Shown: positions 12,501 to 25,640 of the stretch, piece after piece
How positions within the stretch are numbered: the stretch's first letter is position 1
How the letters are laid out: each line of letters begins with the position of its first letter
Made by a program: the position numbers and the translations under genes
DNA from: Marsupella aquatica
Taxonomy: Eukaryota > Plantae > Marchantiophyta
Assembly: GCA_973895155.1 (NCBI GenBank)
Contig: OZ316892.1
Coordinates: forward strand, 5,984,476-6,048,475
Length of the DNA: 64,000 bases
Direction: 5' to 3'
Notes under the pieces: model-generated
Told to the model about the DNA's origin: nothing
What the model saw: the letters and a program-made list of their open reading frames with translations, nothing else
The model's database searches: none

Positions 12501-14728
12501 AAATCAAATCTTTGAGCCTCTGCAGGATCTGGAGTTCAGCACCCCTTCCATTTTTTACGGCAGGGATCCTACGTTCGTCCTAGAGCCACAGTTTCGACCA
12601 ACAACGAAACACAATGATTTCGTAGAGCCTCTGGGCGACCAAATTCCTAGTATTGACCTTTCCCCTATCCATCAAAAGGATGCCGAAGGTTTGAAGAAGC
12701 TTGTTAAAGAAGTAGAGAAAGCAGCTCAGGAGTGGGGTTTCTTTGAAGTCGTAAATCATGGAGTACCTCTGAGTCTGATTGACACATTGGAGAAGGAGGC
12801 TCTGGCCTTTTTCTCATTGCCACTTGATGGAAAGAGCAAAATTCTCCGAACTTCTGAACGACCTTTCGGGTACTTTTATCAGGAGCTGACGAAGAATCGC
12901 AGAGACTGGAAGGAGGTGTTTGATTTTCTCGTCAAAGAGGGTGTCTCCTTTTCAAGCGCGGATGGTTCTCTTGACGTGCACAGGATAACCAGCCAGTGGC
13001 CAGAAGAACCAATAGGCCTACGGTATTGAGTCTGATCGATTTCTCGTAATTTTGCTCTGATCTTCGTTCTGCTCTTGTGTTGGACAGGAATTTTAAATTA
13101 TAAATGCCTGGCTTGCATTTTGACGACAAAGTTCATTTTGCTGACCTTGAGAAGTTTAATATAGTTGCAGCTAACTGTTAATCCCTAGTTTAAAACTCAC
13201 ATGAGATTGTTCTCAGTGTGACCTATATATTTATATAGCTAATGGCAATATAGCAAAAGTTGGGGTCTAGGTTTGTAGAGTGAAGCATGATTCTAGAATT
13301 ACACCAAAATTTATGTGGATGAAAATAATGACATATTATGTATATCCAATTGAGTATCATGATTAATTATTTTTTTCGTCATTTCTTACTATTAATTCAA
13401 TCTATTAACCTGGGCATTCAGGCTCGTATAAAACTCTCAATGGTGGTATAAAGTACTCTCAATGGTCAGGGAGCTTAATATGGTTGCGTCTTTGCGTTGG
13501 GCTGCGATGACTCAGACAGTACGTGAGTATTGGTTTCCTTGCTAACTAAGGCGTAACTTTGCTGAGCAAAAAGAAACCTCTTGAAGGCTAATTGTGTCTC
13601 AAGCGAGTACGTTGCTCGTCATTCTTGTTCAGAGATGCCTGCCAGCAATACGCACGAGCAACAGAGAAATTGGGTTTCGAGCTGTTGGGCCTTCTCTCTC
13701 AGAGCCTTGGTTTGGGACCAGAGTATTTTCACAAGCACTTCAGCAACCAAACCTCTTCTATCCGTGTAAACCACTACCCACCTTGTCCAATCCCGGACCT
13801 TGTCCTCGGGGTTGGCGGGCATAGGGATCCGACTGCTCTCACGATCCTAGCGCAGGACAAGGTGGGAGGTCTTCAAGTGAGACGCAAGGATGGAGAATGG
13901 ATTGGGGTGAAGCCCAGGGGCAATGCATTCGTCATCAACCTAGGTGACCAGTTTCAGGTATTACGCTTGCTGTTTATTATTTGGCTGTGTGTTCAGCAAA
14001 CCACTTAGACTGAAAGATCTCCAGGACTTTTATCTATGTGAACGTCAGAGAAACATTAGAGTTGCATGGTCAATGAGAATACCTTTCCAAAAAAGCACTT
14101 TCAGTCCACAGTTCTCAGAGTGCATGGTATGCCGGTATACTTTAGAGAGAAGGTGTACATCTTTAATGGGCGTCCTTGCAACTTTCCACTGACCGACCAG
14201 TGTAACAATTTTCTAGTGCGAAATGCTTACTTTAATGCAAATCGTAAACAACATTCAATTGGGAATCCAGAGTGCTAGCTAGCTTTTCCCTGGACGTTGC
14301 AATAAGAGTCCAGGGTTTTAGATTCTGCAATTCTGGCGGTATATATGGACGATCTCGTTTTTCATCTCGAACATCTTACACTATATAAAGAGACTTCATT
14401 TGTGCATGTTATTACATCATCTCAACTTTCAGAGAGCTTCTACCACCCTGCATACGTTGTCCTCTCGATCTTGCAGGTCTGGACCAACAAGAAGTACCGC
14501 AGTATTGAGCACCGAGTGGTGGTGAACCAGAACTACGCAAGGCTCTCGTGTGCGGTTTTCATGGGTCCTGGAATAACAACAGACGTTTATCCTCTACCAG
14601 AATTGCTGCAAGGCCAGCCGCCCAAGTACAGTCGCTACAATTACGGACACTTCATCAGCAGGAGGGTGGCAGGGAACATCCAGCAACTTGCAAGGACGGT
14701 TCAGATAGATGACTATGAAATCAATTAA
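12490..14728 (+). CDS. 2-oxoglutarate/Fe(II)-dependent dioxygenase (DOXC class; At3g19000/At3g19010-like), exons 12490-13022, 13633-13957, 14477-14728, 369 aa
   Basis: IPSIDLS, EWGFFEVVNHGV, TKNRRDWKEVFDF, NHYPPCP, Fe ligands HRD...H (EHRVVVN), RxS (RLS); GT-AG introns keep the frame. Confidence 0.93.
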
Positions 14729-14961
14729 ATGCCTTCTGTACTTAACTTGACAATTGGTTGCCAAACAAGGAATAAAAGTCTAAGTCGATATGAAAGGAGG
14801 ATCTACCCAAGTCTCAAGATGAATGCAGGGCCGGTCTGATAATCTACATTCGACCCAGATCTCTTGCAATGGCATGACTTCTCTTCCCCCCTACTCTAAC
14901 AGTTCTCATTTTCTCTCGTTTTGTTTTTTTGGGGCCCAGAGAGGCATGACTTTGTGATACC

Positions 14962-15060
14962 CCACTTGAGTAGAGACTGAGTAGGTCTTGGGTCTTGGGT
15001 TTAATTATTGTATTTTGAATGTGATACTCCACTTGAGTAGAGACTGAGTAGGTCTTGGGT
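14962..15060. repeat. Direct repeat, 32 bp
   Basis: CCACTTGAGTAGAGACTGAGTAGGTCTTGGGT occurs twice. Confidence 0.8.
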
Positions 15061-16081
15061 TTAACTATTGTGTTTGAATTTTCCTTTTCTGTGGGGTTTC
15101 ATCTATTTCCCTTCAATAATCTTTTTATTTTCAAAAAGGGAAACTGTCCCACCATTTATTCCAAACCAGCGGGAAAAAACCATGACGCCAATTATTAGAT
15201 GGGTAATAGGAAGAGCCTTAAAATGTGTCATCCAGGTCAGAGTGGCCGCAAAGCCTACTCCTGCAGGTTGTCCCCTTGTGAGCAGGACTCCCCCCCCCCC
15301 ATTTGCACACCTAGTCATATAAAAGGCCCCCTGGCCTGCCAGGCTACTGTTCATTCCTGCATGCCAGAAGTGAATAGTGGAGCCTAGTACCTTAAAACGT
15401 GGAGCTCACCTTTAAAAGTTTTCCTTAGCTAGATATGCACATCTAAGAGCTACCTCTTAAAAATCCGATAAAGACATCATCAAGGCAACTTGCATTTGTC
15501 TTGTTTTGAAAGATATGACCCTAAAGAGGAGTCTGGCTTCTTGGGGACTTCTTTTGACTGGCTCATTTTTTTGGTTTATGGGACCTTTACTGATGCTCCC
15601 ATGGTCCCCTTGACCCATTCCGCTTCTGTGGACCGTGATATCTTTCACACCCTCACTCCAGGGAATTGGCTCTTCTTGGGCTCAGCAAATTGAAGCAATT
15701 TAGAAAGCTGTTTCCAGCAAGTTCATATTTCTAGTTTTCACAAAGAAATGCACAACTAGATTTTGTTGCGTCGGATGCTAACAATACCTCCTCATAATCG
15801 TCGTTAATATAATTTACGACTTCCATGACTACGTTTATAACTACGTCCGATGTAACTAAGATGTCAGAGAAATCTTAGTGCCCATTGCCCCCATTTTAAC
15901 ATCGCTGGAAACATGTTTAAAATTAACGTCTCTGGATGAGCTGTCCTAAACGTCGTTCTGGTCGTCGTTCAATATTAACGTCGTAGTCGAGGACGTAATG
16001 TGTTTAGGGTATCACGACGTCAATGTTTACGTCATAAAGGGAGCCGTTAAAGTGGTAACGTAGCTCTGTACAACGTTCCAA

Positions 16082-16847
16082 ATGAATCAAGCCATGTTAG
16101 ACGTTGAGTACATTGGTGTGGCTGACTTGAATGAGGAGTAGTCCATGCTGACTCGAGTATAGCTTGGGTTTTCTACGGGAGGATTTTGGTTTAAGAGTGC
16201 TGAGACCAAAGTAGGCTTGCGTTTGTGATTTTTGGAGAATGCACTCTTCCTGAGTACAGAGAAATTGCAATGTGGGATCAGTGTTCAGTCATGGTGCGCA
16301 AGTTCTTCAAGGATGTGCATTGTTGCTTCCTTCCACTTGGTGAAGAGGACAAGACTATACATGGGTTCTTTTGTCGGGGAGGTGTTATTGAGAAGTTGTG
16401 TACGAAACAGACTACTTGCTGGCCTATACGTGGAAAAACGTTGTTGAGCACTTCAGTGACTACCATGGATTGATCGAGCACTTTGCAGAGACAGTTCATT
16501 TCATTTCTATCCGTTGGGTAGAGTGCTCAATTCTGGCCAACAAACAGTTGGATCCAGGAGACTTCCTGCTGCATCCAGGTGATGATCAGATGTTGGATGA
16601 GGCGCCCAACCCAGATGATGGGGAGGCATATCCACCTACATTGCCCAAATGTGAGCTGTCTCCGACTGAGCTTCACATTGTCTTGTATGATTACAAGGAA
16701 AGTTGTGCAGCTGAGGTTGAGGCTGAAAGGCTAAAGACTGGGGAAGAGGTCGTCCGGAAGAAATGGAACCAGAGGCAGAGGCGTGATTCTTACAAAAGAA
16801 GGAAGGCAGATGAGGAGTACTACTGGTCTGGTGAAGGAACTCCTTAA
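16082..16847 (+). pseudogene. Frameshifted ORF of unknown function inside the CACTA, convergent with the transposase
   Basis: Overlapping ORFs 16225-16473 and 16398-16847 form a coding-like island between ACGT-rich noncoding blocks; basic C-terminus RKKWNQRQRRDSYKRRK. Confidence 0.45.
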
Positions 16848-17373
16848 GTAGCAACAATCTGGATGTCAGTGGATGAGGCAGTTTAGTGATTCGGCTAGGT
16901 TATAGTCGCTTTGTGGTGGACATGCAATACAGTGCTTTGTAGGACCTTTGTATCTCTATATCATACTGAATCTGAATAAAGACTCCCTCATGTTTTTCAT
17001 TTTGAATGCATGTGCCAATTAATGTCACCACTGTCATTAACGTCGCACGGATATATTTATATAGTAACATTGCAATACATGACGTCTTTGGTTTAATACG
17101 TACCCTAAAACAACGTAAGTTAGTGTAACGTCGTTGTATGTGGAGAATCAACGTCGTGTGGAATAAAGTAAACTGGGTCGTGGGTAAATTAATGTCGTTT
17201 AGGGCTCAATAAAATGACGTTAATTGGAATTAACGTCTGCCTAGTACGACGTAGTTTGTAGATACATTGGTCTACCAGACGTAGTAGTCATACAACGACG
17301 TTACCCACAAATGCTACAAACCCACATGAAGGTGGCCATAACGAATATATACATGCACTGAATACATTTATGG

Positions 17374-20300
17374 TCATGGATCCATATCATCTACAATTAC
17401 TGATACCATCAAACCCTTCCTCCATCGTGGGAAGATGGGAATGACGATGAACCATCCTCTCATAGTGTGCATCGGAACCATAATACACTGATCCACCTGG
17501 CTAGGAAATACTATAGTGTCACTAACCTCAGTCCCGGATGGTGCTACACGAGTCGTGTCTACCCGATAGAACCCACACTCATCTTTCACCATGGTGGCTC
17601 TATGTGGAGGTGACATGATGGATTTGTGCCACCGCACCTCTAACACAGTAGTATTAAATGACCCAAAGTGAACGTCTAAAATATCCAATACAGTGCCACA
17701 ATAGGGAATCTCAACATCACCTGGGTCTGTCAACATGAACACTCCTGAGTTACATGTACTCTTCTTCATGTGATCTGTCCTCCAAGTGCGAAAGTGGTGC
17801 CTTGACTCATACATGTGTGTATGGGTCGTTGCCCACAACCCTGGTCCCCTAATGATGTTCTGTACATCAATGGGAATGGATAAGGGTCCATGCTCTGCAA
17901 GGAGCCTATCCATGCGCTCCAATGCCCATACGCAAAATAATGCACACCGTCGTGGAACTATCGGTTGCTGCTCCAAGAATGCACTGCAAAAAATGTATGA
18001 ATCCATGAGAATATTGCACAATCCAAAGAAGTGCTACTTGAACCCACTCTAACTTCTACACACATAGAATGTAGAACAACATCTACTGTTAGATTAACAT
18101 ATATAGAGAGTTGCATATATGTACCTATGCAACTCCCTCCACTGAGACATCTCTGGGCGATTTCCCAACACATAATTGTGGATATGTAGGCGAAGTATGT
18201 CGTCATGTAGTGAACGCTTTTTTGATGCACCAATCAAACGCAACCCACCATTGTCATCATCTTGTGCCTCTTCCCAAGCTGTGGGAAATTCTATGTCCAA
18301 ACTCCCTATCATCCCTCCGGAATAAAAGAGGCACTCCGACATGATATACCCCGTTGCCATACTTCCCTCTGGTCGAGCTGGTTGACGCACCATGGACTTG
18401 AGCACTTTCATGAAGCGCTCTACCCAATACATCCAACGTGCATGGATAGGACCAGCAATCGCGACCTCATCCACCAAGTGACATAGTAAATGCAATTGCA
18501 TGTCAAATATGCATGGGGGAAACACCTTCTCCACATTGCACATCACGCGAGCTGACCTCTCCCTCATCAAAGGAATCTCAGACTCCTTTATCTCCTTAGT
18601 GCATACCCACCTATGTTCCTCCTCAAAACCATCAAAGATTTTGTATATCAGATCCAAATAGGGCCATAGAAAAATGAGTTTGAAATACTTGTTGAATTAC
18701 AGGGCTCCTCCAGCGGTAACAAGAACTTGCAAGAGAGCAATGGGAGAGATTTTGGTTATCATACCTGAAAATGGAGCACATCTCATATATAGTCAGACGG
18801 AGTAAACGACGCTCCCGAGAATCATCACAACAACACAAGATTGCTGGTAGCACATGTTGTATCAACTTGTGATAATCATGAGACTTCAACCCTATTGGGG
18901 GTATGTGATCATTCCTTGTAGTGCACCCACAAAAACCAGCTCCGTAATGGCTAGGGAACTTCATCTCGCTTATCATCCCATTCATGTCCCTCAAAACCTC
19001 TCTTGGCAAAATCCAAGGACCAGGAGGTTTCTCCCCAGTACATGTTATCCAACAACTCTTCACTACTCCAACCCTCTCAGCATCCTCTCGGACTCCACGA
19101 GTGTCATTCGTCCCATAAATGTGCTTCACCAAGTTCTTAGCAACATTCACTTCAATGTGCATGGGGTCCAACAACCATCGAACCTGGAGTCTCTGGAAAT
19201 TGAAATAACATATTGAATCAGTTGCAATCTCTAAATTAAGCATTTTATTGGTCTAATTTGCTGTAAAGGAACCATGCACTTCTATCACTTACCCTCCAAT
19301 AAGGCGAGTCCCACATAGCTAAGCGTCGGTTTACTCCACAATCCTTGGGTTTCAGTAACTTTGCTTCCACCTTCTCTGCCATTTGAATTTGTCCTTCAGC
19401 TGAAGGGCCATTAGGACATGGCCGCACTTCAGTCTCTGCCCAATGTGTTGTGTTTTGTCGCAAGTGGTCATCCATTGCCAAACGGACCCTACTGCTCTCA
19501 TATGTGGTTTTGTGCAGTAGTCTTGAGTACCTCCCACGCAACTCTGGGCCACATGAAGGGCAAGCTGAAAAACCTGCCACCTTCAGGCCAGATATTGTCC
19601 CCGTACCTGCCATTTCATTGAACCATGTTCAGACCACAAATAACCCCAACACTTGCATTGTACATGACATTGTGCAAACAATAGCCATTGGGTTGCCCAA
19701 TGAATTACCTGGACCATCTGTGGTGCAATGAGTGATCATCACCCTCATATTGAAGGTCCTGCCATTGCCTGCTTCACGAGTGACATCTGTTGTCACTGCT
19801 CCAACCTCCCACAGATTATGTAGCTCTTCATAAGCTGGAGCCAAACAGATATCAGGATTCTTACGGGCCTTGGGTCCAGGAATTATAGCTAATAGAAGCA
19901 CATGACCCTTCTTCATTGCCAACCATGGAGGGATGTTCTGATTTATCAAAAGAACAGGCCAGATGGACTTAGGCTTCCGTCGTTGTTTATATGGGTTCAC
20001 TCCATCGATTGCCAACCCCAAACAAACATTTCTTGGCTCCTGGGAAAATTTGGCCAAGTGGCATCAATGTGCTTCCACGCTGGACTATCTTGGTGGTATT
20101 GCATTATCCCTGGTGGGGATTTGTTCTCCACATGCCAAGTCTGTAGTGTGGATAAGTGCTTTTGTCAGTAGAGATGCTGAAGTCGGGGAGTGATTGGGAA
20201 ATAACAAAAAACCTGCCAGATCCAATGTAACGTCGTCAATTCGACGACAATCACACTAAACGTCCTTCCACACTACGTATTATTAAAACTAACATCATGG

Positions 20301-23011
20301 AGGGCAACGTTTCTTACATATGATGTACCATGCAACGTTCGTTACTGCATCTCATACGACATAAAAACAAAAAAAATGTCAAGTGGAAAGACGTAAATTG
20401 AGATGGACGACATAAATTAATCAATTACAACGTCATGTACGATGTTGTTTGAAAGAATGCAACGTTAAAAGTCGGACTTTCTTGTTCTCACATTGCGTTG
20501 AGGAAAACATTACCTTTTCTGCAATCTTGTCTCCAATGGTGTCTGGTCGATACCGTGGAAGCCTACAGTGCTCCTCTGGGCAGTGAGTGTGATCCTTGTA
20601 CACCCCTCTATACAAGATGCACCCACCTGGGCACATGTGGATAGTCTCTAAAGCCAATCCAATTGAGGCTAACAACTTTTTAGCCTCCCTCACACATCCA
20701 GGGAGAGTGTTTGGTTGGGGCAAGAGTTTGTCGTGGAACAATTGGAAGAGTGCATCTGTATGGACATCCGAACCATTGAAAACTCCTTGCAAATTCAACA
20801 TCAACAAAGTTGCACCCAACCTGGATTTGCAAAACACAAACACCAGACTTTTTGCAGTTAGTCCAAGTAGCTAGATGGCATGCTTGGCACTACAACTTAG
20901 ACTGCCCAATATTCACTGGATGAAATTCCAGAGTTGTGATAATTTTAGGACAACCTTACCGTGAGGATGGAGATCCCTCAAATAGTGGTGTTCTGGCTTC
21001 AGTCTCCAACTAATCCCAATCTTCTTGATCCACTTCCATGATAGGGTGCTCGGCGTCAGGTGCATGAGGTCCAAAGTGAATGTCAACAAGGTGGGCAAAG
21101 GCATCTTCTTCAAGCATAGGGTCATCTCCCTCATCTCCCTCATCGTCAACATCATCATCCAACTCTCCATCATATGCATCATGGTACTCCTCATCCTCAT
21201 CGTCCATCTCATCATGGTCAAGGGGCCAGCGACCCTCAGCATCCTCCTCGTCTGAGAAATGTAAGGTGGCATGTACGTGAAAGGCACAGGCTGATGTAGT
21301 CATCATTGATGGGTCAGGTGTGGGAGTAATATGTACACCATCCTAGAGTTTTCAATATGCAATAACAGATCACAATTAGAGAAAGGGTTTCCGTGATAAA
21401 GCTTACAATGAAACATCAATAATGAAAAATGCAAGGGTCACCCCATAATGGATATGTCATGTACACATGTAAACATCAATGCCAATCATAATCTACAAGA
21501 ATCTCTTCCCCTGCTCTAATGGTGCGGGTAGCATGTGTCAAGATGTAATGCGTGCATGCTATAGGCAAACAAGGGCGACTCTGGTCATGGTTCCAACTCG
21601 TGCCACTCAGCGTTTGGCCTAAACCCTAAACGCCGAGAACCAATAGTGTTGTTGATGTAACTCACCAAGTTCCCCGTGCGAGGTGGGTAACCATCAATAT
21701 GAGCATACCTAGGGTCCAACTTTAGTGACATGCCATATCGACTAAAGGTTGGGCACTGTCGGGACAAAATGCGCCATCTCGCGGCCGAATACTTGGGCCC
21801 ATAGAATGGAAACAACTGAGGAAAATCATCGGGTGCACAACCGGTAGGGACCACGATATCCACAAGAGAAAATACTCCAAGTCCTACATGAGTCCCCAAT
21901 GTGGAGGGGAGGATGACCCATGGGCGGTCCCAAAGTATAATAGGCTCCCGAAGCGGGAGGTCCATAGGGAGTCCAAACTGGGCTGGGAAGGAGTCCTTTA
22001 AGATGTCCAAGGCTCTCCCTCGCAACTATCTCGGTGCCCGGGACACCGATGCATCAAGAAAAGGGCATCGGGGCGGAACAATCCTAGGTGGACGGGACTC
22101 AATCGATCGGGGTCTAGTGGTCACCACTACTCCCCTCTCAATAGGGTGCATCCTAAACACTCTCCTCCTCCTATGAAATACACGGTCTATCTCCCTCAAT
22201 GTGGCTGGCAAATCGGATGGATGGATGAGTGGTGCGAGTGCACGATATGCAATGTCTCTCAAGCGGTCCACAGGCAAAGATCGCACTACAATAGGAATCG
22301 GTTCCACATGTTCACCAAAACAAGTTCAGAATATGACAATCAAAAAATAATTCAAGGAAGGAGATGTTATCATAATTGCAATACCCAACAAAATTGTATT
22401 ACCTCTCGGGTCGGGGGGGTGTAACAACCATGGATCCCTAAATGGCTAAGGACAGTGGTCCTCTTGTGTAAGACAACACCCTTGCATCGTCTGCAAGGGC
22501 AAGGCATCTTGCAAACTTGCCCAATCCCCTGAAGAGCAGCCATGGCCTCTCCAAATCCATCAGCACGATGGGGGCTCCGGCCTCTACTGCCCTCGGAACG
22601 ATGTCTACGTCGATGACGCCTGGATCGGTGACGCCTAGATCGATCATACATGTCTGGTGAGTAATCTCTCTCTCGGTCCGACAGGTTGTCTCTCCCCCTA
22701 TGATGATGGTCATCTCTGCGTCGGGTGTAAGTACCCCCACCATGGTCCTCATAGGATGAGTCATCCCTCCTCCTCCCTCCCTCGTCATCCCTCCTCTGCC
22801 GCTCGTCATTGCTCCTATAGCCCGATGAAGCTGAACTCCCCCTATGCCGATGATGGTGTCTATGTCGGTGAGAACTACAGCCATGCTCATCGTCATCATC
22901 ACACGAGTCATCCCTTCGCCTATCCGACTCATCATACGTCCCCCTATGATGATGATGGTATCTGTGCCGACGATGCCTGCCCCCATCATGGTCCGATGCA
23001 TAGGTTGCCAT
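17374..23011 (-). pseudogene. tnpD: CACTA TnpD-type transposase, multi-exon, disrupted
   Basis: Transposase-associated CPCRRC..HL..HG; IHMCPGGCILY; Transposase_21 EPRNVCLGLAIDGVNP; GLKSHDYH; DUF4218 FPPCIFDMQLHLLCHLV, RWMYWVERFMKVLK, PEGSM; DUF4216-like C-terminus; in-frame TAG at 21010 and frameshift near 20050. Confidence 0.92.
21476..22307 (-). pseudogene. SET-domain protein gene nested in the first transposase intron; one in-frame stop (22026-22028) and a disruption near 21585 (TGA followed by a frame change)
   Basis: SET motifs in order: PSTLG..GLGVFSLVDI, FYGP, IDGYPPRTGNLVSYINN, RPNAEW, then ATRTIRAGEEILVDYDW in the next frame. Confidence 0.8.
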
Positions 23012-23439
23012 GTCCTTTGTGATCAAATTTACAAAGGCCCCCACAACATATTAAACCCCAAGCATAAACGTGTCCCGCTACGTTAACCAAACTAACGTCC
23101 ATCCAAACGACGTTCTTCTCAAATTAACGTTGTTGTTTAGGTTGCGGGGAACAAGCCAAATTTAGTTTACGTAGTTACGTACGACGTACAACGTACTTAA
23201 TAAGTTAACATCGTTTGGTATGCTATAATTATGTGTAACATCGTGACTAAACCCTACACCCCTGGTTAACGTTGTGATTAGCGACGTTAAATTAGGGTAA
23301 CGGCGGGTCTCCAAGGTTTGTGGGCTGCGGCTGTTTTCCTTTAACAAAACATCGGGAAGTGACTCGAATGTGACTCACATTCAACATTCAACACTTCCCC
23401 TCGCCCCCTCTTGACCTCCTATCTTAACAGTGAGTGACT

Positions 23440-25344
23440 ATGGCTCATCCAAGCTATCTCCCTTCCAGTGGAGATTTTGATGCAGACTTGGTGGCTATGG
23501 ATGATCCAGGGGAGTTAGAAAAGGTGCGTAAAGCTATGCAATCGACACATTTGCTGATACATGCTTTCAACCAGAGTTGGAAGTTCTTGGGAGGAAAAGG
23601 AAGCAAGGAGTCTCAGTTTCTGGAGTACCTGGAAAATATAGAAGCCAATGCTCCTGCCCTCGATGATTATGTGGAAACTAAGAATGCAAGGCTCTTGGGG
23701 GAGGGTGGGGGGCCTTCGATTGATGCTCTCAACTCCTTCCCGTCCCTACTAGATGATGGGTGGGACGATCCTGCCTTCAATGGAATGCAGCCTCATTCTC
23801 AGGCACCTAGTGGGACCCCAATCAAGAGCGTGGTCAGGGTAGCACATGACAAATTCCAACCTGATCAGGATCGGGACTCTCGCAGCCCGGGTCTCGCAGG
23901 CGGAGGAGGCATCGTGATAGAACACACAACAACAATAGCAGCCTTGATGAGAGAAGACGGAAGGGGAAAGGGAAGGAGTATAGAGATGCAGATCCACACA
24001 GAGGGAGATGCAAGGGCAGATAGAAGAGAGAGGTACTCACCTCAGCGTGAACGTCACTCCCACAAAAAGCGACAACCTTCTCCTGTGCGACCTGTAACTA
24101 TTGCTGTGAGTCGAGACAAACTCCCAACCATCACCTTGGATGCGTTTGATGCTAGGCCGGATGTTCTGGATGAGAAGGCCCTCACAAATCGAGTGCAGAC
24201 GTGTTGTGCCAAGCATTGTCCTGGTTGGACAACTTGGAAGGATCTCGCCCAGAACCCAAAGAAGTTTCAGCTCCTCCTAAACAATGTACAAGCTGGGTTT
24301 AGGAACGGCCGTGAAATAGACTATAGGCACATCAGACAGAAGATCGTAGGCTACCTTGCAGATCGGAGGTTTAGATGGAGAAACAAGGTTAAAAAAATGA
24401 GATGCCCAAGGACAGAGCAATACCTGAAACTAGATGGAATGAGCGACGCCGACTTCAAGTTGATCGTGGCTGAGTTGGAAGCAGCACCTGACACCCCAAT
24501 AGGCAAGCGAGTGCACATGGGGGACAAAGCTGCTGCAGCCCGCAAATCAAATGGCCGCCTGCGTGTGACCAATTTTTGGGGCCAGGGAGGATGGCGAGGC
24601 TTCCTTGCAACCTATGTAAGTCCCCCACCCTCTTCAAAGCACAGCTTGTTCATGCTTCGGCCGCTGCGGTGAGAACATTGAATTAACGTCATTTTTCTCC
24701 TCTAACATTGCAAGTTCTCAATTTTATGTCTACCCCCTATGTTCACCCTACCTAACGTCGTCTCTCACGATGTTACATTTAATTAACGTCCTTTGTGCAT
24801 TGTTAATATGGCGGTTCCACTATAAACAACATCTTGGACGACGTTAATTAGGAAACGTCGTTATGTACAATCATTGTAATTAACGACGGTGGTAACGACA
24901 TTCTACAATTTCCTGTAGAAATGCAAGTTTGGAGCCAACGCCAAGCCAAGTGAGCAGGAGCGGCTCTATTCAAAACACTATGGCCCGGAGGCCCTATGGG
25001 CTAAGCTGGACTCTGTCCCGGAGGACCACCCAGTGGTAAGTTACATAGTCAGGTTAGGTTCCTTCTATACTAAGTTTTGCATCCACTATTTGCAGGGAGG
25101 TAAACTGATCCCTTATGTCATGTGCAGGAGGATTGGAGTCCTCCAGAGGGGTTAGTGGCACGGCCCATTGCGAAAGATGAGGAGGCAGATCATGGAGGGG
25201 AGGAGCCTGATACGCAGGAGGAGGCCTTAGTAGACTGTGGGCAGGAGGGCAGTTTAGGTACACACGGCCGGTCATCTTCTGACCTCTCCCCTCCAATGGA
25301 GACTGATAGGGGTCATACCAACCATAGACGACGGAGAGAGAGAA

Positions 25345-25377
<33 letters not shown>

Positions 25378-25640
25378 AGAGGGGGGGAGGGAGGGAGAGA
25401 CATAGAGAGAGGAAGAGGAGCCGTGTCAAGAGGGATACCACTAGGGGACACAGTGGCACTAGAGATGTAGTCCCCAGGAGTAGAGGCAAGGGAGCTGCGG
25501 AGTTGGTGTCTGGTAGTAGTAGTTCAGACGAGGATCCACTTCGGTACGAGTTGCGGCCCCGAGGCAAACAGTCGGAGGCACCGCCACGTATTTCTGTTCA
25601 CAGGTCTGGACGTGATAGGAGCCGCTCTCAGTGGCATTAG
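23440..25640 (+). CDS. CACTA second gene (TnpA/ORF2-like), exons 23440-24615, 24919-25035, 25128-25640, ~601 aa
   Basis: GT-AG introns all in phase 0 give an uninterrupted frame; KAAAARKSN...NFWGQGGW resembles the Transposase_24-type motif; R/E-rich tail; divergent from tnpD. Confidence 0.65.
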
